64,000 bases of DNA. It comes from an uncultured Acidimicrobiales bacterium. Its GTDB lineage: Bacteria > Actinomycetota > Acidimicrobiia > Acidimicrobiales > SZUA-35. The notes under the pieces are model-generated. The model was given only the letters and a program-made list of their open reading frames with translations, was not told the origin of the DNA and did no database searches. Positions 8,182 to 17,125 of the stretch are shown here, piece by piece (the first letter of the stretch is position 1; the number at the start of each line of letters is the position of its first letter). The stretch is taken from contig CALEWY010000008.1 in NCBI GenBank assembly GCA_937925335.1, positions 66 through 64,065 on the forward strand, in the 5' to 3' direction. A program made the translations under genes and the position numbers.

Positions 8182-9377
8182 GCAGCGGTCTCGTCAGAAC
8201 CGAGTGCGAAGTCGGCGTACTCTTCGTCGGTCGACTCCATGTGCTCGAACTCGATGACGCCGATCTCCTCGAACTTGGTTCGAAGCCAACCTTCACCGGC
8301 ATCGATCAGGCCGAGCTTGCGGCAGTTCGGAACGATCTTCGAGAACAACAGACGCTGGAATTCCTTGGACTCCGGCGGCGCGTTGAGCTGAGCGTCGATG
8401 ATCGGCTTGACGTCGTCGACGCCCATCCGGTGCCAGACCTCTTGGCGCAAGAAGCGGTCACGCATGCGGAGCGCTGCTTCAAATGCGAACTCCTGGCGTT
8501 CTTGAATCTCCGCCAGTGAGAGGTTCTCGTAGTACTCCTGCAGGCTCAGCACGCCAAAGGCGACATGGCGGGCCTCGTCGCTCATCACATACCGGAGCAG
8601 CTTCTTGAGTAGCGGCTCATCGGTCATCGAATGCAAGAACCCGAATGCTGCAAGGGCCAGGCCCTCGATCATGATCTGCATGCCGAGGTAGGTCATGTCC
8701 CATCGGCTGTCTTCGATCACATCGTCGAGGAGATGCTGAAGATGCACGTTGATGGGGTAGTGATCCTCCAGCTTTGTGTCGAGATACTTGGCGAAGACCT
8801 CGACGTGACGAGCCTCGTCCATGACCTGGGTGGATGCGTAGTACTTGGCGTCGATCCATGGCACGGTCTCGACAATTTTTGCGGTTGCGACAAGCGCACC
8901 CTGTTCGCCGTGGAGGAACTGGCTCATCTGCCAGACCAGTGATTCACGACCAAGCTCGGTCCACTCTTTGTCGCCCCAGTTCCTCAGGGGGCTACCGGGT
9001 TGCTCCGCCAGATCGAAGAGCGGCTGATTCTGCACTTGACCGACGATCGACATGTGATTAACCATCTGGTCGACGTCGACCGAGGTGGTCCAATCAAGGT
9101 CGGTTTCGCCATCCCACATCGAGTGTTTGGCCTTCTCATACAACTTGTTGAGACGAGGGCGAGCACCCTTTTCGTAATCCCACGTGAAGATGGAATCGGC
9201 GTTGTTTTGAACCGTCGTGATCGCCTCGTTCACCTCGGTGTTGGTGAGCGCAAGGATGGCGTCGATGTCGTTCGCGTCGTCGCGTCCGATCATGTCACGG
9301 TTCGATTTGGATGTTGCAGGGTCGAGGGAAACCATGCCTGACAGTGTAAGGCTGGAAACGAGCGTGTCAAGGGACAC
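8178..9377 (-). CDS. Ferritin-like diiron oxygenase (AurF-like family)
   Basis: Two DEARH motifs (DEARHVEVF, DEARHVAFG) plus LHGEQGAL and MIEGLALA helices, as in the diiron N-oxygenase-like family. Confidence 0.7.
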   Translation of the reverse strand: MSLDTLVSSLTLSGMVSLDPATSKSNRDMIGRDDANDIDAILALTNTEVNEAITTVQNNADSIFTWDYEKGARPRLNKLYEKAKHSMWDGETDLDWTTSVDVDQMVNHMSIVGQVQNQPLFDLAEQPGSPLRNWGDKEWTELGRESLVWQMSQFLHGEQGALVATAKIVETVPWIDAKYYASTQVMDEARHVEVFAKYLDTKLEDHYPINVHLQHLLDDVIEDSRWDMTYLGMQIMIEGLALAAFGFLHSMTDEPLLKKLLRYVMSDEARHVAFGVLSLQEYYENLSLAEIQERQEFAFEAALRMRDRFLRQEVWHRMGVDDVKPIIDAQLNAPPESKEFQRLLFSKIVPNCRKLGLIDAGEGWLRTKFEEIGVIEFEHMESTDEEYADFALGSDETAA

Positions 9378-9405
9378 AGGTGTGCGGATCAGGGCAGGGC
9401 GAATG

Positions 9406-9600
9406 TCAGAGAAGGTCCAGCAGATCGGACTTCTTGCGCTCGTACTCCTCGTTGGAGATGAGCCCGGCCTCGCGCAGCTCCTTCAGCTTGCGAAGTGCTG
9501 CCTTGACCCGGTCTGAAACCGGGGCGCCTGTGGAGGCCGCCGAGGAATTCTTGGACCGGATTGGCTTTCCCCGGTACATGGGCTGGCGATCCTTGGCCAC
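9406..9600 (-). CDS. SHOCT-domain small protein
   Basis: C-terminal LKELREAGLISNEEYERKKSDLL is a typical SHOCT motif. Confidence 0.6.
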   Translation of the reverse strand: MAKDRQPMYRGKPIRSKNSSAASTGAPVSDRVKAALRKLKELREAGLISNEEYERKKSDLLDLL

Positions 9601-9732
9601 TCGTGCTGCCTCCAGTGTTGATCGACCGAATGGTCGGCAGACAACACTAAAAGCACCCGTGGTCGGGGAGATGAACGCCTGGTTGCGAACGCGAGACTTC
9701 TGGCTGACAGAAGGCTGACGCGGTCGACACGA

Positions 9733-12441
9733 TCAGGTCGAAGAGATGACCCAGGGTGCGGGGTTCTCGGTCTCGATGCCGTAGTGAGCGATGGCCTCGA
9801 CGAGGCGCGAGCGCTCGATCACACCATCGAGCGCCAGCTGCTCGAGGACGGTGAGGACGATGCTCGGCATGTCGATCTCGAAGTAGGTGCGTAGCGCTTC
9901 GCGGGTGTCGCTCAGCCCCATACCTTCGGTGCCAAGGGCGGTGAAGCGTCGAGGCGAGAAACGTGCGATCTGTTCGGGAACCGCACGCTGGAAGTCGCTC
10001 ACCGCAACGATGGGCCCGGTCGACTCGTTGAGCAGCCCAGTGACTTCGGGAACGTTTGGCTCGTCCGCAGGGTGCAAACGATTCCAGCGCTCGACCTCAA
10101 GCGCCTGCTCGCGCAGGCGCTTGTAGTTGGTGGCACTCCACAACTCGATGCCAACACCCCAACGCTCGGCCAGCTCGCGCTGTGCCTCGCGAGCGTCGCC
10201 TTGAGCGGTTCCGGAGAACAACACGGTGGCTCGCGTCTCGATGCCATCCCAACCAGGCGACCACTTGTAGAGGCCGTTAAGAATGCCCTGCTCAGCGCCA
10301 TCGGGCATGGCTGGCTGGTCGTAGTTCTCGTTGTAGATGGTGATGTAGTAGAAGATGTCCTCGTTATCGACATACATCCGCTTCAAGCCATCTTGGATGA
10401 TGACGGCCAGCTCGTAGGCGAAGGCCGGGTCGTAGGTCTGACACGCAGGCACGGTCGAGGCCAACAGGAGGCTGTGGCCATCTTGGTGCTGAAGACCCTC
10501 ACCCATGAGGGTGGTTCGTCCGGCGGTGGCGCCGAGCAAGAATCCTCGGGCTCGCGAGTCCGCCGCAGCCCAGATCAGGTCGCCGACACGTTGGAAGCCG
10601 AACATCGAATAGAAGGTGTAGAACGGCACCATTGGCACACCCTGGTGGGCGTAGCTGGTTGCGGCTGCGGTCCAGCTCGCGAGCGAGCCGGCTTCGGTGA
10701 TTCCTTCTTCGAGAATCTGGCCGTCGGTGTCTTCGGTGTAGGACAACAACAACTCGTGGTCGACCGGTTCGTACTTCTGGCCAAACGGCGCGTAGATCTC
10801 GAACTCGCGGAACATGGAGTCCATGCCGAACGTGCGGGCTTCGTCGGGAATGATCGGAACGACTCTGGGGCCGAACCCTTCTTCGCGCATGAGCTCACGC
10901 AGCATTGACGTGAACGCCATCGTGGTGCTGACCTCGCGGCCTCCCGATCCTTCGGCGAAGGTCTTGAACGGGGCGTCGCTCGGCATCGTCAGCGGGCGTC
11001 GCACGGTGGTGATGCGAGATGGCACGGCACCGTCGAGCGCTCGACGACGATCCATCATGTAGCGGTACTCAGGTGAGTCTTCGGCGGGTCGGAAATATGG
11101 GGGAACACCGTCGGCCAGCGACTCTTCGGGAATCTCGTCGTGAAGGTGGAGGCGGTCACGCAGCTCGAGCAGCTGGTTCTTCGTCATCTTCTTGATCTGG
11201 TGGGTCGAGTTACGACCTTCGAAGCCGGGCCCGAGGGTCCATCCCTTGACGGTCTTCGCGAGGATGACCGTCGGCTGGCCCTCGGTCTCGGTGGCAGACT
11301 TGTAGGCCGCAAAGACCTTCTGGTAGTCGTGCCCGCCACGGGGGAGCGCCCGAAGCTCATCGTCGGAGAGGTGCTCGACCATCTTGCGCAGGCGAGGGTC
11401 CGGACCGAAGAAGTTCTCGCGGATATAGGCGCCGGTCTCCACCGCGTAGCGCTGGAACTCGCCGTCGACCGTGTTGTTCATTTTGTTGAGCAAGACACCG
11501 TCAACGTCGCGCTGGAGGAGTTCGTCCCAGCGCGATCCCCACACGACCTTGATGACGTTCCAGTCAGCACCGCGGAACACACCCTCAAGCTCCTGGATGA
11601 TCTTTTCGTTGCCTCGAACCGGACCGTCGAGCCGCTGCAGGTTGCAGTTGATGACCCAGGTGAGGTTGTCGAGGCGATGGCGGCCGGCCAGCGAGATGGC
11701 GCCGAGTGTCTCCGGCTCGTCGCACTCACCGTCGCCGAGGAAGGCCCACACGCGCGTGTCGCTGGTGTCTTCGATGTGTCGGTTCTGGAGGTACTTCAAG
11801 AATCGAGCGTGATAGAGGCTGTTGATCGGGCCGATGCCCATCGAGACGGTGGGGTACTCCCAAAAGTCCGGCATGAGCCGGGGATGGGGGTAGCTCGAGA
11901 GGCCTTCGCCGCCAGCTTCCATTCGGAAGTGGTCGAGCTGGTTCTCGTCGAGGCGGCCTTCGAGGAAGGCGCGGGCGTAGACGCCGGGTGCGGCGTGGCC
12001 TTGGAAGTAGACGGCGTCGCCTGGTGTGCCGTCTTCCTTGCCTCGGAAGAAGTGGTTGAAACCAACCTCGAGCAACGATGCCGAAGAGGCAAACGTGGAC
12101 AGGTGGCCGCCGATGCCGTCGGCGGTCTTGTTGGCTCGCACGACCATGGCTGCGGCGTTCCATCGGATGAAGGCACGGATGCGCCGTTCGATGAATTCAT
12201 CGCCAGGGAAGAACGGCTGTTGCTCGGTCGGGATCGAGTTGATGTAGTCGGTGCGGACCGTGCCGGTATTGCCGAGCTGAAGATCGCGAGCTCGCTCGTT
12301 GAGGCGACGCAGGAGGTAGCGCGTACGAGTTTTGCCGTAGGTGTCGTTGACCGCATCGAGCGACTCAAGCCACTCGGCGGTCTCCTCGGGATCGATGTCG
12401 GGAAGTTGGCTCAGGAACCCATCAAGAGTCATGCTGGCCAT
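9733..12441 (-). CDS. aceE: Pyruvate dehydrogenase E1 component, homodimeric type
   Basis: 902 aa, full-length similarity pattern to AceE (GGHLSTFASSA, GDGECDEPE, transketolase-like C-terminal half). Confidence 0.95.
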   Translation of the reverse strand: MASMTLDGFLSQLPDIDPEETAEWLESLDAVNDTYGKTRTRYLLRRLNERARDLQLGNTGTVRTDYINSIPTEQQPFFPGDEFIERRIRAFIRWNAAAMVVRANKTADGIGGHLSTFASSASLLEVGFNHFFRGKEDGTPGDAVYFQGHAAPGVYARAFLEGRLDENQLDHFRMEAGGEGLSSYPHPRLMPDFWEYPTVSMGIGPINSLYHARFLKYLQNRHIEDTSDTRVWAFLGDGECDEPETLGAISLAGRHRLDNLTWVINCNLQRLDGPVRGNEKIIQELEGVFRGADWNVIKVVWGSRWDELLQRDVDGVLLNKMNNTVDGEFQRYAVETGAYIRENFFGPDPRLRKMVEHLSDDELRALPRGGHDYQKVFAAYKSATETEGQPTVILAKTVKGWTLGPGFEGRNSTHQIKKMTKNQLLELRDRLHLHDEIPEESLADGVPPYFRPAEDSPEYRYMMDRRRALDGAVPSRITTVRRPLTMPSDAPFKTFAEGSGGREVSTTMAFTSMLRELMREEGFGPRVVPIIPDEARTFGMDSMFREFEIYAPFGQKYEPVDHELLLSYTEDTDGQILEEGITEAGSLASWTAAATSYAHQGVPMVPFYTFYSMFGFQRVGDLIWAAADSRARGFLLGATAGRTTLMGEGLQHQDGHSLLLASTVPACQTYDPAFAYELAVIIQDGLKRMYVDNEDIFYYITIYNENYDQPAMPDGAEQGILNGLYKWSPGWDGIETRATVLFSGTAQGDAREAQRELAERWGVGIELWSATNYKRLREQALEVERWNRLHPADEPNVPEVTGLLNESTGPIVAVSDFQRAVPEQIARFSPRRFTALGTEGMGLSDTREALRTYFEIDMPSIVLTVLEQLALDGVIERSRLVEAIAHYGIETENPAPWVISST

Positions 12442-12502
12442 TGTCGCCGCGTCAGCGGCTCTTCGCGCGTCTACTCCCGAGTAGCTTGCTCGGCCGTTGA
12501 AC

Positions 12503-13033
12503 TCAGTGGTTCAGGGAGGGGTTCGATTCGAACAGCGCATCCATGTCGAACGCTGGGTTGTCGAGGTCATTCGGGGCAGTCGCTCCGGGCCCGGCAAGCG
12601 GGCTGGTTGCAGCGTTTGCTCGGCCCTGGATCCACGGCGAGAGTGCCTCGTAGGTGGCCTTGGTCTTGGTGAAAATCGTGACTTCGGAGTGATCAGCGAA
12701 GACCATTTCGATGGTTGCTTTGCCCGGCTTCTTGTTATGTTGCACGCCGATCGCTGCGATCAGGTCGAGCGGGATCGTTCCCTTATGGCTGCCGATGCCA
12801 CCCATCCGGCGGGTGAACACGCCCAGACCCTCGTCGGTCACAACGATCCAACCGTCGGTCGGGATGCCACTTCCGAGTGCCTTGCTCTTCGCCTTGAGAG
12901 CGTTGTCGAAGGCATACGTTGCAACGGCCTTGTAGCTCGTGCCGCGCAAACGGTTGTCTGGACGGGAGTACTCCGTTGCGAAGACGACGGGAGCTCCCTC
13001 CATCTTCTTCGATGCCTTCAAGAGGACGTTCAT
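12503..13033 (-). CDS. Hypothetical protein
   Basis: High third-position GC on this strand. The longest ORF runs to 13060; ATG 13033 (MNVLLKASKK) is preferred. No family recognised. Confidence 0.5.
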   Translation of the reverse strand: MNVLLKASKKMEGAPVVFATEYSRPDNRLRGTSYKAVATYAFDNALKAKSKALGSGIPTDGWIVVTDEGLGVFTRRMGGIGSHKGTIPLDLIAAIGVQHNKKPGKATIEMVFADHSEVTIFTKTKATYEALSPWIQGRANAATSPLAGPGATAPNDLDNPAFDMDALFESNPSLNH

Positions 13034-13117
13034 ACACGGTTGAGAAAAGTTGGCGACCATGAAAGGTTTTTCGGAGCGTCAGGGCCGTTCCTTTACCGAT
13101 CCTGGCACGCTGGTCGA

Positions 13118-14011
13118 ATGGACGTATTCACCGACGGTGCGTGTTCGGGCAACCCCGGGCCCGGTGGCTGGGGATGGGTGACCCGTGGTGGGTCGACCGG
13201 CAGCGGCGGCGATGAACACACGACCAACCAGCGGATGGAAGTGCAAGCGGTCCTCGAAGCGATCAAGGCGCTCGAGGGTGAACTCGTGATTCACTCCGAC
13301 TCGACCTACGTCGTGAACTGTTTCAACGACCGGTGGTACGACGGCTGGCGCAAACGCGGCTGGAAGAACTCGCAGAAGAAGCCCGTGGCGAATCGAGACC
13401 TCTGGGAACCCCTCATCGAGGCATACGAAGAGCGAGAGAACGAGATCTCATTCGTGTGGGTGAAGGGGCACTCGGGCAACGAGTTCAACGAGATCGCCGA
13501 CCAACTCGCCGTCGCCGCGGCCGACGTCGAGAAGAAGAAGCTGGCGACGGCCGTCGACTCGGCCGAGATCCCTTGGGACGTCGATCAAGCGGTTTGGGTT
13601 GTTGGCACGACCACGCTGGACGCGGAGCTCGAAGCCCAACTCGATTCCACCATCGCAGGCCTCGTCAACGACGCGTCTCTTGTGGTGTCGGGTCTCCGAC
13701 GAGGAACCGAGTTGCGTGCTGCAACCGAAGCTCGACGCGCCGGCGTTGCAGTCGCCGTTGTCCTGCCGTTTGCCGATCCCGCTTCGAAGTGGCCGCCAGA
13801 AGACCTGGCGCGCTTCGAGGAGATCTGCGAAGGTGCGGCGTTCTCGGTGACCCTCGCCGGTGATCGAGCAAAACCCGGTGATGCGATCGCCGCACGGAAC
13901 CAGTGGATGGCGAAAGCTGCAATGGCCGCGATCGTTGTCGATGACGACACCCTTGCCGCCAGCCTCGACGAAGCTGGGGTATCAGTGATTCGCCTGCCCC
14001 ACGAGGGCTGA
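13118..14011 (+). CDS. rnhA: Ribonuclease HI fused to a C-terminal Rossmann-like domain of unknown function
   Basis: MDVFTDGACSGNPGPGGWG, TNQRMEVQA, HSDSTYV and WVKGHSGNEFNEIADQLA. There are about 150 extra C-terminal residues. The part of the ORF upstream of 13118 overlaps the opposite-strand gene and is not coding. Confidence 0.85.
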   Translation: MDVFTDGACSGNPGPGGWGWVTRGGSTGSGGDEHTTNQRMEVQAVLEAIKALEGELVIHSDSTYVVNCFNDRWYDGWRKRGWKNSQKKPVANRDLWEPLIEAYEERENEISFVWVKGHSGNEFNEIADQLAVAAADVEKKKLATAVDSAEIPWDVDQAVWVVGTTTLDAELEAQLDSTIAGLVNDASLVVSGLRRGTELRAATEARRAGVAVAVVLPFADPASKWPPEDLARFEEICEGAAFSVTLAGDRAKPGDAIAARNQWMAKAAMAAIVVDDDTLAASLDEAGVSVIRLPHEG

Positions 14012-14037
14012 GCTCCCGATCCCGAAGGGGCTGGGCG

Positions 14038-15279
14038 TTACGGAACCTGCAGGAGGCGGAGCGCGGCGTAGGCCGTGTTCATTTCGTGCCGGATCGCAAC
14101 AGCCAACTCGGCTCGTTCCGGATCGGTCTCGTCGTCGGGGTTGTGTTGTGCGATGAGACTGGCGCGAGCCTCACGGGCCTCAGTCCACGTCGCCGAGGAT
14201 TCGAGTCCGAGAATTTCGAGCAGGACAGCCGCCTGATCGGTCTGGGGCATCTGCGCGAGATGGCTCGACGATGACGCGCGCTGAGCGGTGTCAGCGGCGA
14301 GAACGACGGCTTCGTCGGCAACAGTTCCTGTTTCGAGCGTGCCCGTTTCGAGCGTGCCGGCGTCGGTGACCGCGAGATCGTCGATCGCGGGATCGTCGAA
14401 CGCTGGTGCTGCAAATGCCGGCTCATCGAGCACGGGTTCAGTCGGTGCTGGTTCAGTCGGTGCTGGTTCAGTCAGTGCTGGTTCAGTCAGTGCTTGTTCA
14501 GTCAGTGCTGGTTCAGTCAGTGCTGGTTCAGTCAGTGCTGGTTCAGTCAGTGCTGCTTCATCGGTCGGTGCGTCGATTGGTGCGCTGGCCCAGGCCGGAG
14601 CGATCATGTCGGAGTCCGAGGGTGGAGGCGGCGTCATGTCCGCGACTGGCGCCGCTTCGGTCGGGATCGGAGCGTCGGTCAGCGCTGGGGCCGTGGCGGA
14701 TGGCGCGTCTGAGTTCGCGACCATGGCGGCGAGATCGTCCATCGTGACACCCGTGCTCTCGGGCGTTGCATCGACGGGTGGAGCGGGCGGGGCGAGGTCC
14801 CACTGCACGTCGACGGATGGGTCCTCGATCGTCGGAGTTGGAAGATCGGGAGTCTCGAACGCTGGTGTTTCGAACTCGGGAGCATCGAATGACGGGGTAT
14901 CGAACTCGGGAGCATCGAATTCGGGAGCATCGAATTCGGGAGCATCAAACTGGGGCGTCTCAGCGTCGAGCGACGGTGCGTTCGGTGCGTCTGGCATGTG
15001 CCACATCGCCGCACCAGTGTCGGCGGTTGCGTCATCGACTGGAGGAGCGGCTGCGATCAACTCGCTTGCCGTCATCGGCGTCGTCATGCCGTCGGCATCG
15101 CTTGTCACCCCGCTGAACTCGGCGGCGTCGAACGCTCCATCGGCAACACCGTCTGACAGACCGTCGGTTGAACGATTGTTCGGCGTTTCGGCCGAGTCGT
15201 CCTCCGCAAGCCACGACTCGACATCGTTGATGTCAGGACCGTCGTCGGTCTTCTTGTTCAGTTTGGAAAAGATGCCCAT
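14038..15279 (-). CDS. Highly acidic tandem-repeat protein with degenerate C-terminal J-like domain
   Basis: Very high GC3 on the minus frame. Contains PEFDA, ALTEP and GTLET repeats. The C-terminus is LEILGLESSATWTEAREARASLIAQHNPDDE...AYAALRLL. Start ATG 15279 (MGIFSKLNKK) is preferred over 15354. Confidence 0.65.
   Translation of the reverse strand: MGIFSKLNKKTDDGPDINDVESWLAEDDSAETPNNRSTDGLSDGVADGAFDAAEFSGVTSDADGMTTPMTASELIAAAPPVDDATADTGAAMWHMPDAPNAPSLDAETPQFDAPEFDAPEFDAPEFDTPSFDAPEFETPAFETPDLPTPTIEDPSVDVQWDLAPPAPPVDATPESTGVTMDDLAAMVANSDAPSATAPALTDAPIPTEAAPVADMTPPPPSDSDMIAPAWASAPIDAPTDEAALTEPALTEPALTEPALTEQALTEPALTEPAPTEPAPTEPVLDEPAFAAPAFDDPAIDDLAVTDAGTLETGTLETGTVADEAVVLAADTAQRASSSSHLAQMPQTDQAAVLLEILGLESSATWTEAREARASLIAQHNPDDETDPERAELAVAIRHEMNTAYAALRLLQVP
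14435..14569. repeat. 15-bp tandem repeat (about 9 copies) inside CDS, encoding (A/P)LTEP units
   Basis: GGTTCAGTC(A/G)GTGCT repeated head to tail. 8 near-perfect copies span 14435-14554, followed by one degenerate copy. Confidence 0.9.
14846..14960. repeat. 15-bp tandem repeat inside CDS encoding PEFDA-type units
   Basis: TCGAA(T/C)TCGGGAGCA-type units repeated about 6-7 times. Confidence 0.8.
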
Positions 15280-15443
15280 CTTCGTCTTGCCTCCCAAAGG
15301 GTTCTGCCTTCTATCGGCATCACCGAAGGCGACTCGGTAGGCCATTCGGACCAATCGAGGGCGAAGAAGTGACTTCGAGTCCGCTCAGATTCGGGAAGAT
15401 TGGGGAGGGAATCGATGGGATGGTCGCGGTGTTGTGACGGTGT

Positions 15444-15725
15444 ATGACCACCGCAACGTTTCAAGGCACCGTTCTCGCCGAGTCTGACGAGACCGTCATC
15501 GTCGAAGGCAATCACTACTTCCCGGCCGCTTCGGTCAACTGGGATCACTTCACCAAGACCGACCGGACGACCGGCTGCCCCTGGAAGGGGTCGGCGAGCT
15601 ACTACTCGATCTCGGTTGGCGGCGAATCAGCTGACAACGCGGCGTGGACCTATGAGGAGCCGAAGGAAGCGGCCGCAGAAATCAAGGACCACGTTGCGTT
15701 CTATCCGGTTGTGAGCGTCAGCTAG
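15444..15725 (+). CDS. DUF427 domain protein
   Basis: 93 aa with ...VIVEGNHYFP...C.WKG.A.YY...AAWTYEEP...HVAFY, characteristic of DUF427. Confidence 0.8.
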   Translation: MTTATFQGTVLAESDETVIVEGNHYFPAASVNWDHFTKTDRTTGCPWKGSASYYSISVGGESADNAAWTYEEPKEAAAEIKDHVAFYPVVSVS

Positions 15726-16167
15726 TTGCCAACTCGTCGAGTCGCTCCAACGACTTGGCGATTCCGACCTTGTGTTTGGCTGGATAGCCAACGAGTTCGT
15801 ACATCTTTGGAATGCGTGCCGAACCCCAATCGAACGATTCGGTCACCTTCGTGGTGCTGTCGTCGACGGGTTCGAGCTCGTAGCGCCAAATGTGGTGTCC
15901 GAAGTGGCGCCACGCGATCAGCCGGCCCTCCTCGAACTCCACGACCTCGTTCGTGATCAGGTAAGGCACCCCAAGCTTCATGTCCATCGCGAACTTCGCG
16001 CCGAGCGACAGTCGCTTCGGCGACGACTTCCGAACACCCTGCACCGTCTCTTCACCGTCGAATTCCTGATGACGAGCGGGGTCGGCGAGGATGTCGAAGA
16101 TCTCCTGGGCCGGGGCATTGATCGTTCGCTCGCCAGAGACGATCTGTTCGTTTGAACCAGTCGCCAT
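15718..16167 (-). CDS. SRPBCC (START/Bet v1-like) family protein
   Basis: 149 aa. N-terminal INAPAQEIFDILADPARH and overall size and pattern fit the SRPBCC fold. Confidence 0.7.
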   Translation of the reverse strand: MATGSNEQIVSGERTINAPAQEIFDILADPARHQEFDGEETVQGVRKSSPKRLSLGAKFAMDMKLGVPYLITNEVVEFEEGRLIAWRHFGHHIWRYELEPVDDSTTKVTESFDWGSARIPKMYELVGYPAKHKVGIAKSLERLDELATS

Positions 16168-16173
16168 ATCTGC

Positions 16174-17070
16174 CTACTTTCCGAGCTCGGAGCGGAGTCC
16201 GGCTTCGAGATCCGGCGATGTGAAGGTGAACCCGCTTGCCTCGAGTGCGGTGGGGAGGACTCGGGCGCTGTCGAACAGCAACGCTTGTCCCATCTCGCCA
16301 CCGAGGAGCAGCTTCGGCGCGAAAGCCGGCACGGGAATGAATGTGGGTCGGCCAACCACGGAGCCGAGTGTCTTGGTGTATTCGGCGTTCGTAACGGGGG
16401 AGGGGGCGGTGAGGTTGACCGGCCCGGACACATCGTTGGTCAGCAGATGAACGATGGCGCGCACCTCATCCTGGAGCGTGATCCACGAAATGAACTGCTT
16501 GCCGCTGCCCATCTTCCCGCCGAGTCCGAACTTGAACAGGGGTAGCTGCTTCTTGAGTGCGCCACCCCTCGGCGTCTGCACGATGCCGGTTCGCAGGAAG
16601 GCCGTGCGGATACCCGCATCGGCTGCTGACTGTGCCGAGGCCTCCCACTTCTTGGTGAGGTCGGCAAGGAATCCATCACCGTGCGAGGACTCTTCGGTCA
16701 GCGACTCGTCGCCTCGGTCGCCGTAGATACCGATCGCTGATCCGCTGAGAAGAACGCGAGGAGGGTTCTGCAGTCCTGCCAGCGTGGACGCGAGGAGTGA
16801 GGTCGAGGCGGTTCGGCTCTCGACGAGGACCTTTTTGTAGGCCTCGTTCCAGCGCTTGTCGCCGATTCCGGCGCCGGCGAGGTGGATGACCGCGTCGACA
16901 CCTTCGAGTCCGGCCGCATCGATATCACCCTTGGCAGGGTCCCACTTCAGTTCATCGGCGCTCTTTGGAGCTCGGCGTACAAGGCGGATCGGATGGTGAC
17001 CGTCTGCGCGGAGAGCTTCGAGGAGTGCGGTGCCGATCAGCCCGCTTGAACCAGTGATGACGACGTCCAT
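16174..17070 (-). CDS. TIGR01777-family NAD-dependent epimerase/dehydratase (YfcH-like, DUF1731 C-terminus)
   Basis: MDVVITGSSGLIGTAL Rossmann motif and the conserved C-terminal DUF1731-like segment. Confidence 0.85.
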   Translation of the reverse strand: MDVVITGSSGLIGTALLEALRADGHHPIRLVRRAPKSADELKWDPAKGDIDAAGLEGVDAVIHLAGAGIGDKRWNEAYKKVLVESRTASTSLLASTLAGLQNPPRVLLSGSAIGIYGDRGDESLTEESSHGDGFLADLTKKWEASAQSAADAGIRTAFLRTGIVQTPRGGALKKQLPLFKFGLGGKMGSGKQFISWITLQDEVRAIVHLLTNDVSGPVNLTAPSPVTNAEYTKTLGSVVGRPTFIPVPAFAPKLLLGGEMGQALLFDSARVLPTALEASGFTFTSPDLEAGLRSELGK

Positions 17071-17125
17071 GGCGTCACCCTATGCAGTTCTCGGCTGAGG
17101 TGGCTGACTCGGTACGCTCGTCACC

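Noticed and set aside
9614-9648. Compound hairpin between aceE and the SHOCT gene as a terminator
   Set aside because: The U-rich run lies on the wrong side of the stem for the minus-strand transcript. It is more likely a 5'-UTR or processing structure, and was not called as a terminator.
11140-12672. 510-aa plus-strand ORF
   Set aside because: It is entirely antisense to aceE, which has unambiguous full-length homology. Its Arg/Ala/Gly/Val-rich composition is typical of shadow ORFs in high-GC DNA.
12497-13117. N-terminal 207-aa extension of the RNase HI ORF
   Set aside because: It overlaps the opposite-strand gene 12503..13033, which has the better GC3 signal. RNase HI homology starts exactly at ATG 13118.
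14435-14569. Tandem repeats considered as a possible CRISPR array (also 18803-18950)
   Set aside because: The units are 14-18 bp and directly abutting with no spacers. The first set is in-frame coding repeats. No cas genes are in the window.
14288-15340. 350-aa plus-strand Ser/Gly/Ala-rich ORF opposite the acidic repeat protein
   Set aside because: Third-position GC sampled by hand is much higher on the minus frame (about 90 percent versus about 60 percent). The minus product also ends in a recognisable J-like domain.
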